This document shows positions 10,875-19,575 of a stretch of 64,000 bases of DNA, piece by piece. Under the pieces are notes generated by a model. That model was not told the DNA's origin and searched no databases. It worked only from the letters and a program-made list of their open reading frames with translations. The stretch covers positions 64,001 to 128,000 of the forward strand of contig JADJFN010000037.1 in assembly GCA_016708565.1 (NCBI GenBank), in the 5' to 3' direction. The stretch is from Myxococcales bacterium. Lineage in GTDB: Bacteria > Myxococcota_A > Polyangia > Haliangiales > Haliangiaceae. Numbering within the stretch: the stretch's first letter is position 1; the number at the start of each line of letters is the position of its first letter. Both the position numbers and the translations under genes were made by a program.

Positions 10875-11927
10875 ATGGTTCGCTGGCTGACACTCGTGGC
10901 GGGGGTAGCGCTCGCTGCCGGGTGCTTCAACGCCGAGCACCGATGCGGGACCGCCGCCGACTGCCCGGGCGGCACCTGCGAGCCGAACGGCTACTGCAGC
11001 TTCGCTGGCGCGACCTGCCAGGAGTACGGCGCGGGCGCCGGCAGCCTGGCCGGCACCTGCGTGCTCGACGCGGCGCCCGACGGCGCGGTGGTCGACGCGG
11101 CGGCGCCCGACGGCGCGGTGGTCGACGGCGCGGTGGTCGACGCGCGGGCGCTCGATGCGCCGCTGGCCGATGCGCCGCTGGTCGATGCGCGGCTGGTCGA
11201 CGCGCCGCTGGTCGACGCCGGCTGCACCAGCGGCCATGACGAGGACGGCGACGCCATCCCCGACGCGTGTGACAACTGTCCCCACCTCGCCAACCAGACG
11301 CAGGCCAACATCGACGGCGACGCCCTCGGCGACGCCTGCGATCCGCGGCCGACCGTCCCGACCAGCGCGCTGGTCGCGTTCGAAGCGTGGGGCACCGCGT
11401 CGGCGTTCGTGCCGGGGTGGACCGCGGTGAGCGGGACGTGGTCGGTCGCGGGCGACGGCGTCCAGGTCGGGCTGTCGACGACCGTCGGGCGCATGACGCG
11501 GCCGGTGACGATCCCGAGCGGTGGGACCGGCGGCGTCTTCGTCGAGATCGGCTTCAACCTGTCCCAGGTCCAGGCGCCGAGCTACCTGTCGGTGTTCGCG
11601 CCGGTGGCGGCCGACTTCGCGAGCGGCAACGGCTGCGGGATACGCCAGGAGCTGATCTCGCCGCAGCCGACCCTGATCAGCCAGACCGCGACCAGCGCCA
11701 CGGCGTTCAGCAACACCACGCTGGCCACCTACGAGGGCACGCTGACGCCGCCGGTGGTCGGGGTGATCCGCCTCGAGCACCGCGACGACGCGACCACCTG
11801 CACCGGGACCATCGGCGCGGTCAGCCACACCGGCGACGCGACGTTCCCCGGCGCGATCGATCACGTCGGCCTGGTGACCCGCGGCCTCGCGGGCGTGATC
11901 CGCTACGCGATCGTCTACACCGACTGA
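10875..11927 (+). CDS. lipoprotein with Ala/Asp/Pro-rich tandem repeats and a thrombospondin-type-3-like Ca-binding motif
   Basis: Lipobox LAAGCF. Repeats [22 protein letters not shown]. Motif [35 protein letters not shown]. Non-repetitive C-terminal domain. Confidence 0.65.
   Translation: MVRWLTLVAGVALAAGCFNAEHRCGTAADCPGGTCEPNGYCSFAGATCQEYGAGAGSLAGTCVLDAAPDGAVVDAAAPDGAVVDGAVVDARALDAPLADAPLVDARLVDAPLVDAGCTSGHDEDGDAIPDACDNCPHLANQTQANIDGDALGDACDPRPTVPTSALVAFEAWGTASAFVPGWTAVSGTWSVAGDGVQVGLSTTVGRMTRPVTIPSGGTGGVFVEIGFNLSQVQAPSYLSVFAPVAADFASGNGCGIRQELISPQPTLISQTATSATAFSNTTLATYEGTLTPPVVGVIRLEHRDDATTCTGTIGAVSHTGDATFPGAIDHVGLVTRGLAGVIRYAIVYTD
11050..11225 (+). repeat. tandem ~15-nt (5-codon) repeats inside the lipoprotein gene
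   Basis: DNA-level reiteration gacgcgccgctggtcgatgcgcggctggtcgacgcgccgctggtcgac encoding [14 protein letters not shown] units. Confidence 0.6.
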
Positions 11928-12358
11928 GCGCCGAGCGCGCGCGCGATCCGGGTGGCGTCGGCGTCGAGCGCGGCCCGCGGCACCGGCGGCAGCAGCCGGC
12001 GCGGGCCGATCGCCAGCGCGCGCCACAGGTCGCCGCGCACCCGCGGCACGACGTGCACGTGCAGGTGGGCCACGGTCTGGCCGGCGGCGGGGCCGTCGTT
12101 GACCAGCAGGTTGACGTCGTCGCACGGCAGGCCGGCGGCGCGCACCGCCGCGGTCACGTCGCGGGCCAGCGCGAACACCGCCGCGACGTCGTCGGGCGGC
12201 AGGTCGCCGAGCCGCTGGCCGTGGCGGGTCGGCACGCACAGCACGTGCCCGCGGCGCCACGGCCGGATGTCCATGAACGCCACCGCCGCCGGGCGCCGGC
12301 ACACCACGCTGGCCGGTGCCTCGTCGCGCACGATCGCGCAGAAGACGCAGGGCGCCAC
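11915..12358 (-). CDS. HIT-family (histidine triad) hydrolase
   Basis: C-terminal part of track ORF 11915..12892. GTG start gives [19 protein letters not shown]...HLHVHVVPR, the histidine triad. Starts 14 nt after the upstream gene stop. Confidence 0.8.
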   Translation of the reverse strand: MAPCVFCAIVRDEAPASVVCRRPAAVAFMDIRPWRRGHVLCVPTRHGQRLGDLPPDDVAAVFALARDVTAAVRAAGLPCDDVNLLVNDGPAAGQTVAHLHVHVVPRVRGDLWRALAIGPRRLLPPVPRAALDADATRIARALGAQSV

Positions 12359-12372
12359 GCCCCGATGGTACG

Positions 12373-13275
12373 TCAGCGGCGGCTGAGCTGCAGCGGCGCG
12401 TCGCCGCTGCGGCTGCCGCGGTCGATGCGGTAGACCACGCCGACGGTGAGCTGGCGCTGATCGAAGCCGCCGTCGAGGATCGGCAGCATCGTCGCCGCCA
12501 TGCCGGCGTCGCCGCGATCGACGATCGAGCCCTCGACGTAGACGTCCCAGTCCTTCACCACGGCGTAGACCGAGCCGACCGTCACGTCGAGCCGGGTGTT
12601 GGGCTCGATCCCCGACGACGACGCCACCGGCACCGCGAGGTTGGCGCCCATCCAGGTGCCCCACCAGCCGTTCGGCGTGTGGAACATGACCTGGCCGCCG
12701 ACGGTGGCCTCGGCCAGCCACTGGTCGGGCGTCGCGTCGAAGCGCAGCGCGGTGGCGTCGGCGCCGCCGCTGACCTGGAACGACAGCGTCTGATCGGGGT
12801 GCGCGCGGAACACCATCGCGGTGGCGGCGCTGCCCCACAGCCCGTCGTCGCCGAGCGTCGGCCCGCCGCTGCTCGAGGCCGCCAGCGCCCACTTCGGCGA
12901 CACCGCGATCTTGATCCCGGCGGTCGCGCGCTGCAGGGGGCTGGCGTCGCTGTACGCCGGCTGCTTGGCCAGCAGATCGAGCGACCCGAACAGCTCGACC
13001 CGGCGCGCCGCGGTGTAGCGGACCCGGGCCCGCGCCAACCCGACGTCGGTGAGCTTGAGCGCGCGGCCCTCGGCCAGGCCGACGTCGCTGGTGATGAAGC
13101 GCAGCTCGCCGCCGACGTCCCAGCCCGGCGGGCCGACCAGCCAGTCGCGGGTCGCGGCGCGGGCGTCGCCGACGTCGCCGATCGCCAGGCCGTCGGCGGC
13201 GAAGCCGCGCTCCGGGGGCTGGGCGAGGGCGGTCGCGGGGACGGCGAGGATGGCGAGGCAGGCGAGGCGGCGCAT
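12373..13275 (-). CDS. secreted protein, probable outer-membrane beta-barrel
   Basis: Signal peptide MRRLACLAILAVPATALAQ. Alternating hydrophobic beta-strand-like pattern. C-terminal YRIDRGSRSGDAPLQLSRR. Confidence 0.6.
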   Translation of the reverse strand: MRRLACLAILAVPATALAQPPERGFAADGLAIGDVGDARAATRDWLVGPPGWDVGGELRFITSDVGLAEGRALKLTDVGLARARVRYTAARRVELFGSLDLLAKQPAYSDASPLQRATAGIKIAVSPKWALAASSSGGPTLGDDGLWGSAATAMVFRAHPDQTLSFQVSGGADATALRFDATPDQWLAEATVGGQVMFHTPNGWWGTWMGANLAVPVASSSGIEPNTRLDVTVGSVYAVVKDWDVYVEGSIVDRGDAGMAATMLPILDGGFDQRQLTVGVVYRIDRGSRSGDAPLQLSRR

Positions 13276-13503
13276 GCGGCTACCACGCGCGATCGCGGCA
13301 AAGGATCTCCGGTGGCGTGGTGTCGGCTGGCGATCGCCCCGCTGGCGGCGCGGCCGGCGGGGGGGGCCCTGGCAACTCGATCCGCCGGCTGATCGGGCCG
13401 CGCGACCCCGCTCCGGCGACTGGATCAGCCGGCAGACGCCGTATTGATTTCAATCGGTTAGGCCGGTTCAGCGATGGCACCGGCCTTGCTCAATGGCTCC
13501 GGC

Positions 13504-15129
13504 ATGAAGCGCATCTCGTCCCTCGCTCTGCTGTGTGCGGCTCCGCTCGTCGCCGGCCCCCTGGCCGCGTGCACCTCCGAGGACGACCCGTACGAGGGCG
13601 AGATCGTGAAGGACGCTGACGGCAAGGCCGACACCAGCGCCGCCGCGGTGTTCATGGACATGGAGTTCGACGGCCAGCTCCTGACCGACTCGTCGTGGAA
13701 CGCCGAGCAGACCGTGAAGGACCAGCTCCTCTACACGATCGGCCAGCTCAACGGGAAGAACTCGGTCGGCCGCCTCGACAAGGTGCAGCTCACCAACGTC
13801 GTGAAGACCACCGAGGCGGGCAAGACCAAGATCACCTACCACGCGAAGATGCCGGTCTCGTGGGGCAGCAAGACCAACCTGCCCTCGAGCGTCAAGCTGA
13901 CCTTCCCGCTCGACATGAGCTACTCGAAGCTCGACGCGTTCGCGACCAGCTACGGTCACAGCTGCGTCGACTTCGGCGCCCACGACGTCGACTCGGGATC
14001 GATGTGGTACTACTTCCGCCCGGAGCGCTCGGGCTGCACGTTCACCGCGGCCGACGTGTTCAAGACCACCGCGTCGCTGTCGGTGTCGCCGATCAACACG
14101 ACCGGCAAGTTCCCCGAGTACAACAAGGTGTGGGAGGACGGCACGCTGAAGATGGTCGCCATCTTCGGCAAGTACGAGGACGGCGCGACGTCGGGTGACG
14201 CCGGCATCGACGCCTGGAACCAGTTCATCGCGTCGATGAAGCGCGAGCTCGGCGCCTCGGTGGTGACCGTGCCGGCGACCCTGCCGACCAACCCCGGCAC
14301 CACGGTCACCGACGTCGAGTTCCGCGCCACGCTGGCCGACGGCAAGACCGTCCAGGTCAACGCGATGCTGACCGACAACGTCCGCACCGCGCTCGGCCAG
14401 ACCGCGTTCCGCACCAAGTACGAGTCGCTGTCGACCCGCGCCGACTTCATCGTCTACAACGGCCACGCCGGCCTGGGCGCCAACGTCCGCGCGCTGGCCC
14501 GCGCCGGCCGCTGGGTCGCCGGCCAGTACGTCATCATGTTCGAGAACGGCTGCGACACCTACGCCTACGTCGACGGCTCGATCATCGAGGCCCACAAGGC
14601 GGTCAACGCGGACGACCCGATCGGCACCAAGTACGTGGACGTCGTCAACAACGGCATGCCGGCGTTCTTCTCGTCGATGCCGGGCGCGACGATGGCGATG
14701 TTCAAGGGCCTGATGTCGTACGCGGCGCCCAAGACCTACGAGCAGATCTTCGCCAACGTCGACCGCTCGCAGGTGGTGCTGGTGACCGGCGAGGCCGACA
14801 ACACCTTCACCCCGGGCGGCGGTGGCCAGCCCGAGACCTGGGCCGGCCTCAACGCCAGCGGCACCGTCAAGAAGTCGGAGATCAAGAAGTTCCCGACCCC
14901 GACCCTGGCCGCCGGCACGTACACCTTCTCGATGACCGGCACCGCGGACGCCGACCTCTACGTCCGCGTCGGCAGCGAGCCGACCGCCTCGACCTACGAC
15001 TGCCGCCCGTACAAGAACGGCTCGAACGAGTCGTGCGAGCTGACCCTGGCCCAGCCGGCCAAGGTGTTCGTCCAGGTCCGTGGCTACGCGACCACCTCGA
15101 CCTTCGAGCTGGTCGGCAAGAAGAACTGA
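13504..15129 (+). CDS. secreted lipoprotein with C-terminal pre-peptidase C-terminal (PPC)-like domain
   Basis: MKRISSLALLCAAPLVAGPLAAC lipobox; an alternative upstream ATG lies at 13474. C-terminal YTFSMTGTADADLYVRVGSEPTASTYDCRPYKNGSNESCELT...VQVRGY is PPC-like. Good codon usage. Confidence 0.7.
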   Translation: MKRISSLALLCAAPLVAGPLAACTSEDDPYEGEIVKDADGKADTSAAAVFMDMEFDGQLLTDSSWNAEQTVKDQLLYTIGQLNGKNSVGRLDKVQLTNVVKTTEAGKTKITYHAKMPVSWGSKTNLPSSVKLTFPLDMSYSKLDAFATSYGHSCVDFGAHDVDSGSMWYYFRPERSGCTFTAADVFKTTASLSVSPINTTGKFPEYNKVWEDGTLKMVAIFGKYEDGATSGDAGIDAWNQFIASMKRELGASVVTVPATLPTNPGTTVTDVEFRATLADGKTVQVNAMLTDNVRTALGQTAFRTKYESLSTRADFIVYNGHAGLGANVRALARAGRWVAGQYVIMFENGCDTYAYVDGSIIEAHKAVNADDPIGTKYVDVVNNGMPAFFSSMPGATMAMFKGLMSYAAPKTYEQIFANVDRSQVVLVTGEADNTFTPGGGGQPETWAGLNASGTVKKSEIKKFPTPTLAAGTYTFSMTGTADADLYVRVGSEPTASTYDCRPYKNGSNESCELTLAQPAKVFVQVRGYATTSTFELVGKKN

Positions 15130-15153
15130 GCGCCTGCCTCGCCTGGCTTGCGG

Positions 15154-15185
15154 CGGCCCCTCGACGGGGCCGTCGCCGTTTTCGG
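15154..15185 (+). terminator. putative intrinsic terminator after the lipoprotein gene
   Basis: Stem cggcccc-tcgac-ggggccg followed by tcgccgttttc, a T-run. Sits between convergent genes. Confidence 0.45.
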
Positions 15186-15191
15186 GCGCCG

Positions 15192-15356
15192 TCAGCGGCG
15201 CGGCTTGGGCTTGGGGTCGGGGAACGTCTTGTGGCAGCGCGGGCAGCGGCGGAAGGCGGCCGGCCGCAGCCGCGACACCAGCTTGCGCTGGCCGCAGTGC
15301 GGGCAGGTGATCGCGGTGGTGCGGGCCAGCGCGGCGGCCATCGCGATCGCGCCGGC
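15192..15356 (-). CDS. possible small zinc-ribbon protein
   Basis: Tail of track ORF 15192..15911 (the rest is an off-frame artefact of the lipoprotein gene) reads MAGAIAMAAALARTTAITCPHCGQRKLVSRLRPAAFRRCPRCHKTFPDPKPKPRR, a CPxCG...CPRC ribbon. Confidence 0.3.
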   Translation of the reverse strand, partial: AGAIAMAAALARTTAITCPHCGQRKLVSRLRPAAFRRCPRCHKTFPDPKPKPRR

Positions 15357-15358
15357 CA

Positions 15359-15931
15359 TCAGCGGCCGCCCATCGCCGACGCCATCCGCGCCTTCAGCTT
15401 GCTGGTGAGCTCGGGGCTGGCGAGGTGCTCGCAGCCCTTCCAGTCCTCCAGCGGATCCTTGGCGTTGGCCAGGCACGCCTTCATCGCCGGCGGCCAGCCG
15501 TCCTGGTTGCACGAGTCCTTGATCGCCGCCGCCGCTCGCTCGGCGAGCTTGGCCATCTCGGGCGGCCCGCCCCCGCCGCCGCCGAGCTGCTTCTCCATCG
15601 CGCCGCGCAGCTTGGCCGCCACCACGTCGCACTGCCCATCGACCTTGACGTCCGGGAACATGCGCGGCGCGCACAGCGCGGCCGACCACACGTCCTTGGC
15701 CGCCATCAGGCACTCGCCCTGCTTGGCGTCGACGCCGGTGTCGCGGCACGCCTTGACGAAGCGCGCCACCGTCGGCGCCCGGGTCTCCGGCGGCGCGTAG
15801 TTGCCCAGCTCGAACGCCGCGGCCGCCGCCCCCACCTTGTCGCAATCGGCCGGCGGCCCGCCGCCGCCGCCGCCGGTCTTCTGGCAACCCACCAACGCGA
15901 GCGCGACGCACAACGCGACCTGACGACTCAT
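15359..15931 (-). CDS. Cys-rich lipoprotein
   Basis: Lipobox LALVGCQ. Gly-runs and 8 Cys. The alternative frame 15192..15911 is R-rich and rejected. Confidence 0.6.
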   Translation of the reverse strand: MSRQVALCVALALVGCQKTGGGGGGPPADCDKVGAAAAAFELGNYAPPETRAPTVARFVKACRDTGVDAKQGECLMAAKDVWSAALCAPRMFPDVKVDGQCDVVAAKLRGAMEKQLGGGGGGPPEMAKLAERAAAAIKDSCNQDGWPPAMKACLANAKDPLEDWKGCEHLASPELTSKLKARMASAMGGR

Positions 15932-16005
15932 GCCCCGATCATACGCGCTCGCTCCGCCCCGCGCCCGCGCGCCGCCGATCGCCGCGTGGCGTCACCCGTA
16001 CGCGA

Positions 16006-16701
16006 TCAATACGCCGCCCGCGGGCTGGCCAGCTGGCCGCCCTCGACCGCGACCAGCCGGTAGAAGGTGCCGGCGCCGCGGTGGGCGAACTGGCCGTGCG
16101 CGGCCAGCTGCGCGTCGAGCTCGTCCTGGCGCACGTCCTCGCGCTCGAGCCAGCCGGTGGCCTCGGCGAGGCCGCCCTCGGCGCCGCGGTCGTCGACGTC
16201 GACCCCGAGCAAGGTCGGGCGGCGGGTGGCGTGGAGCGGGCCGCGCAGCGTGACCAGCTCGCCGACCGCGGCGGGGACGTCGGCGGCGTCGACGATCGTG
16301 CGCGCGGCGCGCGCGACCAGCGGGCCAGCCACCCGCGGCACCAGCGCCGCCGCGTAGCCGCCGATGCCGTAGCAGCGGGCCGCCGGCGGTGGCGGCGTCG
16401 CGGCGTAGCGGACCAGCACGTGATCGCCGGCGTCGATCACCGCCGCCAGCGTCGGCGGGTCCATCGAGTCGCCGCGGGTGATCACGATCAGCATGTCGCG
16501 GCCGAAGTCGATCGGCGGACGGGCGCGCAGCGGATCGGTCGAGCGCGGGGCCGGCTGGCGTTGCTGGATCCGGTGGGTCGGCAGCGTCGTGATCAGCGCG
16601 TCGTAGGCGGCCTCGTCGCGGATCGCGCGCGTGGTCGGCGCGTCGTCGTCGCCGAGGTGGATCTGCCCGAGCCAGCGCGCGGTGATGGGGAGGCTCCGCA
16701 T
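16006..16701 (-). CDS. hypothetical protein
   Basis: 231-aa ORF with protein-like composition. No domain recognised. Confidence 0.5.
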   Translation of the reverse strand: MRSLPITARWLGQIHLGDDDAPTTRAIRDEAAYDALITTLPTHRIQQRQPAPRSTDPLRARPPIDFGRDMLIVITRGDSMDPPTLAAVIDAGDHVLVRYAATPPPPAARCYGIGGYAAALVPRVAGPLVARAARTIVDAADVPAAVGELVTLRGPLHATRRPTLLGVDVDDRGAEGGLAEATGWLEREDVRQDELDAQLAAHGQFAHRGAGTFYRLVAVEGGQLASPRAAY

Positions 16702-16741
16702 GACCCGACGGTAGCGCGCCGGCGGTGGTTCTTGCCCGCTG

Positions 16742-17380
16742 TCACGGCCGAGCGGCCGCTGGCGAAGTGACCAGCCGGCCCGCGTCGAGCACCAGCTCGC
16801 GGGTCGCCACCTGCGCCCGCACCGCGGGATCGTGGGTGGCGATCAGCACGCCAGCGCCGGCGGCGGCCGCGGCCGCCAGCAGCGTCGCCATCGCGGCCAG
16901 CGCGCCGGCGTCGAGCCCGTTGTCGGGCTCGTCGAGCACCAGCGCCGGCGGCGCGCCGATCAGCGCCGCCGCCAGGCACGCGCGCCGGCGCTGCCCCAGC
17001 GACATCCGCTCGAAGCGGCGATCGGCGATTGGCGCGAGCTCGAGCGCGTCGGCTACCGCGGTCGGCAGCGCCGCGCCGCCGCGCAGCCCGCCGACCAGCG
17101 CCCACAGCTCGGCCGCGGTCAGGTGGCCCGGCGGATCGGCGCCCTCGGGCACGTAGCCGACGCGGCGCCGGGTCCCCGAGGTCGCGCCGGCGATCGCCAC
17201 CCAGCCGCGATCGATCGTCAGCGCGCCCGCGATCATCGCCAGCGTCGTCGACTTGCCGGCGCCATTGCCGCCGACCAGCGCGACGAGCTCGCCGGGCGCC
17301 ACCGCGAACGCCACGTCGTCGACCACCCAGCGGTCACCGCGGCGCTTGCCCAGCCCGCGCACCTCGATCGCCGCGGTCAT
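16742..17380 (-). CDS. ABC transporter ATP-binding protein
   Basis: C-terminal 212 aa of track ORF 16742..19570: MTAAIEVRGLGKR...GGNGAGKST (Walker A)...MSLGQRRR (signature)...LVLDEP (Walker B). ATG at 17378-17380 overlaps the permease stop (ATGA). Confidence 0.85.
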   Translation of the reverse strand: MTAAIEVRGLGKRRGDRWVVDDVAFAVAPGELVALVGGNGAGKSTTLAMIAGALTIDRGWVAIAGATSGTRRRVGYVPEGADPPGHLTAAELWALVGGLRGGAALPTAVADALELAPIADRRFERMSLGQRRRACLAAALIGAPPALVLDEPDNGLDAGALAAMATLLAAAAAAGAGVLIATHDPAVRAQVATRELVLDAGRLVTSPAAARP

Positions 17381-18501
17381 CGCCCGCGCCCCCCGACGGC
17401 GACCGCGCCGCCGACCAGCACCACCGCCGCCACGCCGAGCAGCGACAGCATCCCGATCGCGATCACCGACGCCAGCGCCACGCCGCCCGCGCCGCCGGCC
17501 AGCGTCTGGCCCGGGTGCGGCGCCGCGATCGCCCGCCGCGCGACCGCGGTCATCGCCAGGCCGACGCCGACGCCGGCCGCGATCGACACCGCCGCGATCG
17601 CCGCGACGTGCGCCGCCGGCGGCGCCGCGATCGCGATCGTCGCCGCCGCCACCACCGCGCCCAAGAGCGCGCCGGCGATCACCAGCACCAGCGCCCGCGC
17701 CCCGGCCACCGCGCCGCGCGAGGTCGCGGCCGCCGCCACCCACGCCCGCAGCCGCAGGTCGTCCTCGACCACCGCGGTGCCCACCGCGACCAGCCCGCAC
17801 GCCACCGCCACCGCCGCCACCGCCGCCACCAGCGTCGCCGACGGCAGCGCCGCGACCGCCGCGCTCTCGATCAGCGCCGCGCCCAGCGCGCCGCCCAGCA
17901 CCGCCAGCCCCGCCGCGAACAGCACCGACCCGCCCCGCCGGCGCACGATCGCCCGCGCGTGCACGCCGACCAGCGCCGCCACCGCGCCGCGCCACCGCGG
18001 CCGCCGCGGCGCCCGCACCCAGCGCGCCATCGCCAGCGCGATCGCCAGCGACGCCAGCGCCAGCCCGAGCCAGGTCAGCGCGCCGGTCGCGCCGCGCGCC
18101 GCGATCGCCACCGCCGCCCACGGCGCGTGGATCGCCAGCGCCGTCGCCAGCCGCGCCGCCACCTCGAGCCCCGGCGCCCCCGGCAGCGAGCGCAGCAGCT
18201 CGAGCCCGGGCGCACCGACGATCGCCCGCGCCGCCGGCGTCAGCAGCACCAGCCAACCGCACGCCACCACCGCGATCACCCGCGGCGCCCCGGCGGCCAG
18301 GGCCGCCACGTCGCGCGGGGCCAGGCCGTTGCCGCCGAACACCGCGCCGCCGACGATCGCCGCGCCCAGCCACGCCGGCATCGCGCGGCCCAGCCCGGCG
18401 CGCCCCAGCGTCGCCAGCCACACCCGTCCGGCGCGGGTCCAGGCCCAAGCGGACGGCGCGGCGAGCTGCATCGGCGCCACCATACAGCTTGACCCGCCCA
18501 C
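17377..18501 (-). CDS. polytopic membrane protein, probable ABC permease partner
   Basis: Very hydrophobic Ala/Leu/Val/Gly-rich ORF directly upstream of the ATPase with a 4-nt overlap. The true start is probably an internal Met, since the annotated start is only 25 nt from divergent obg. Confidence 0.55.
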   Translation of the reverse strand: MGGSSCMVAPMQLAAPSAWAWTRAGRVWLATLGRAGLGRAMPAWLGAAIVGGAVFGGNGLAPRDVAALAAGAPRVIAVVACGWLVLLTPAARAIVGAPGLELLRSLPGAPGLEVAARLATALAIHAPWAAVAIAARGATGALTWLGLALASLAIALAMARWVRAPRRPRWRGAVAALVGVHARAIVRRRGGSVLFAAGLAVLGGALGAALIESAAVAALPSATLVAAVAAVAVACGLVAVGTAVVEDDLRLRAWVAAAATSRGAVAGARALVLVIAGALLGAVVAAATIAIAAPPAAHVAAIAAVSIAAGVGVGLAMTAVARRAIAAPHPGQTLAGGAGGVALASVIAIGMLSLLGVAAVVLVGGAVAVGGRGR

Positions 18502-18526
18502 GCGCTGGCCCTATGTCTCCACCGCA

Positions 18527-19540
18527 GTGCACTTCATCGACGAGGCGACGATCCACGTGAAGGCCGGCGACGGCGGCGACGGCTCGTCGGCGATGCGCCG
18601 CGAGGACAACGTGCCGCTGGGCGGTCCGTCGGGCGGCGACGGTGGCAACGGCGCCAGCGTGGTGTTCCGCGCCGACGTCCAGCTCGGCTCGCTGCTCGAC
18701 TTCCGCTACAAGCGCCACTACAAGGGCGAGCGCGGCGAGCACGGCCGGGCCAAGGATCAGTACGGCGCGGCCGCCGAGGATCTGGTGCTGCGGGTGCCGG
18801 TCGGCACGGTGATCTACGACGCCGACACCGGCGATCTGCTGGCCGACCTCGCCACCGACGGCGCGCGCGCGGTCGTGGCCCAGGGCGGCAAGGGCGGCCG
18901 CGGCAACATCCACTTCAAGACCCCGTGGAACCAGGCGCCGCGCACCTGCGAGCCGGGCACGCCGGGCCAGGAGCGCACGCTGCGCCTCGAGCTCAAGCTG
19001 CTCGCCGACGTCGGCTTGCTCGGCTACCCCAACGTCGGCAAGTCGACGTTCATCTCGCGGGTGTCGCGGGCCCGGCCCAAGATCGCCGACTACCCGTTCA
19101 CGACGCTGGCGCCCAACCTGGGGGTGGTGCGGCTGTCCGACGAGCGCAGCCTGATCATCGCCGACATCCCCGGGCTGATCGAGGGCGCCGCCGAGGGCGC
19201 GGGGCTCGGCCACCAGTTCCTGCGCCACGTCGAGCGCTGCCGCGCGCTGCTGCACATCCTCGACGACACCTACACCACCGGGCCCGAGCGCGATCCGCTC
19301 AAGGACTTCGACGTCATCAACGCCGAGCTGGCCCGCTACGCGCCGCACCTGGCCGACAAGCCGCAGCTGGTCGTCCTCAACAAGCTCGACGCCGGCACCA
19401 CCCACGGCTCCGTCGACGAGCTGACGGCGCAGTTCGCGGCCCGCGGCATCACGCTGCACACCATGTCGGCCGCCACCGGCGAGGGCGTCGACGCGGTGAT
19501 CGCGCGGCTGTGGGACCTGGTGCATCCGCGGCCGGAGTGA
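18527..19540 (+). CDS. obg: GTPase Obg/CgtA
   Basis: C-terminal 337 aa of track ORF 16832..19540. GTG start gives VHFIDEATIHVKAGDGGDGSSAMRREDNVPLGGPSGGDGGNGASVVF (Obg fold), then GYPNVGKST...DIPGLIEG...NKLD GTPase motifs. Confidence 0.9.
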   Translation: MHFIDEATIHVKAGDGGDGSSAMRREDNVPLGGPSGGDGGNGASVVFRADVQLGSLLDFRYKRHYKGERGEHGRAKDQYGAAAEDLVLRVPVGTVIYDADTGDLLADLATDGARAVVAQGGKGGRGNIHFKTPWNQAPRTCEPGTPGQERTLRLELKLLADVGLLGYPNVGKSTFISRVSRARPKIADYPFTTLAPNLGVVRLSDERSLIIADIPGLIEGAAEGAGLGHQFLRHVERCRALLHILDDTYTTGPERDPLKDFDVINAELARYAPHLADKPQLVVLNKLDAGTTHGSVDELTAQFAARGITLHTMSAATGEGVDAVIARLWDLVHPRPE

Positions 19541-19559
19541 TCCGGCGCCGCGCCGGATC
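19539..19559 (+). terminator. GC hairpin immediately after the obg stop
   Basis: gatccggcgc-c-gcgccggatc is a perfect 10-bp inverted repeat. No clear U-tract. Confidence 0.3.
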
Positions 19560-19575
19560 GTGATATCCACGAGGC

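Noticed and set aside
8041-10890. 949-aa plus-strand ORF
   Set aside because: Antisense to the M16 peptidase gene. Low-complexity A/L/G/R composition typical of high-GC shadow ORFs.
10056-12302. 748-aa minus-strand ORF
   Set aside because: Runs antisense across the lipoprotein and HIT genes. P/R/A/T-rich nonsense composition.
16742-19570. 942-aa minus-strand and 902-aa plus-strand giant ORFs (16832..19540), plus 17029..18492 and 17253..18560
   Set aside because: Gly/Arg/Ala or Pro/Arg/Ala-rich except for their terminal segments. Those correspond to the real ABC ATPase (16742-17380) and obg (18527-19540), and the remainder is frame artefact.
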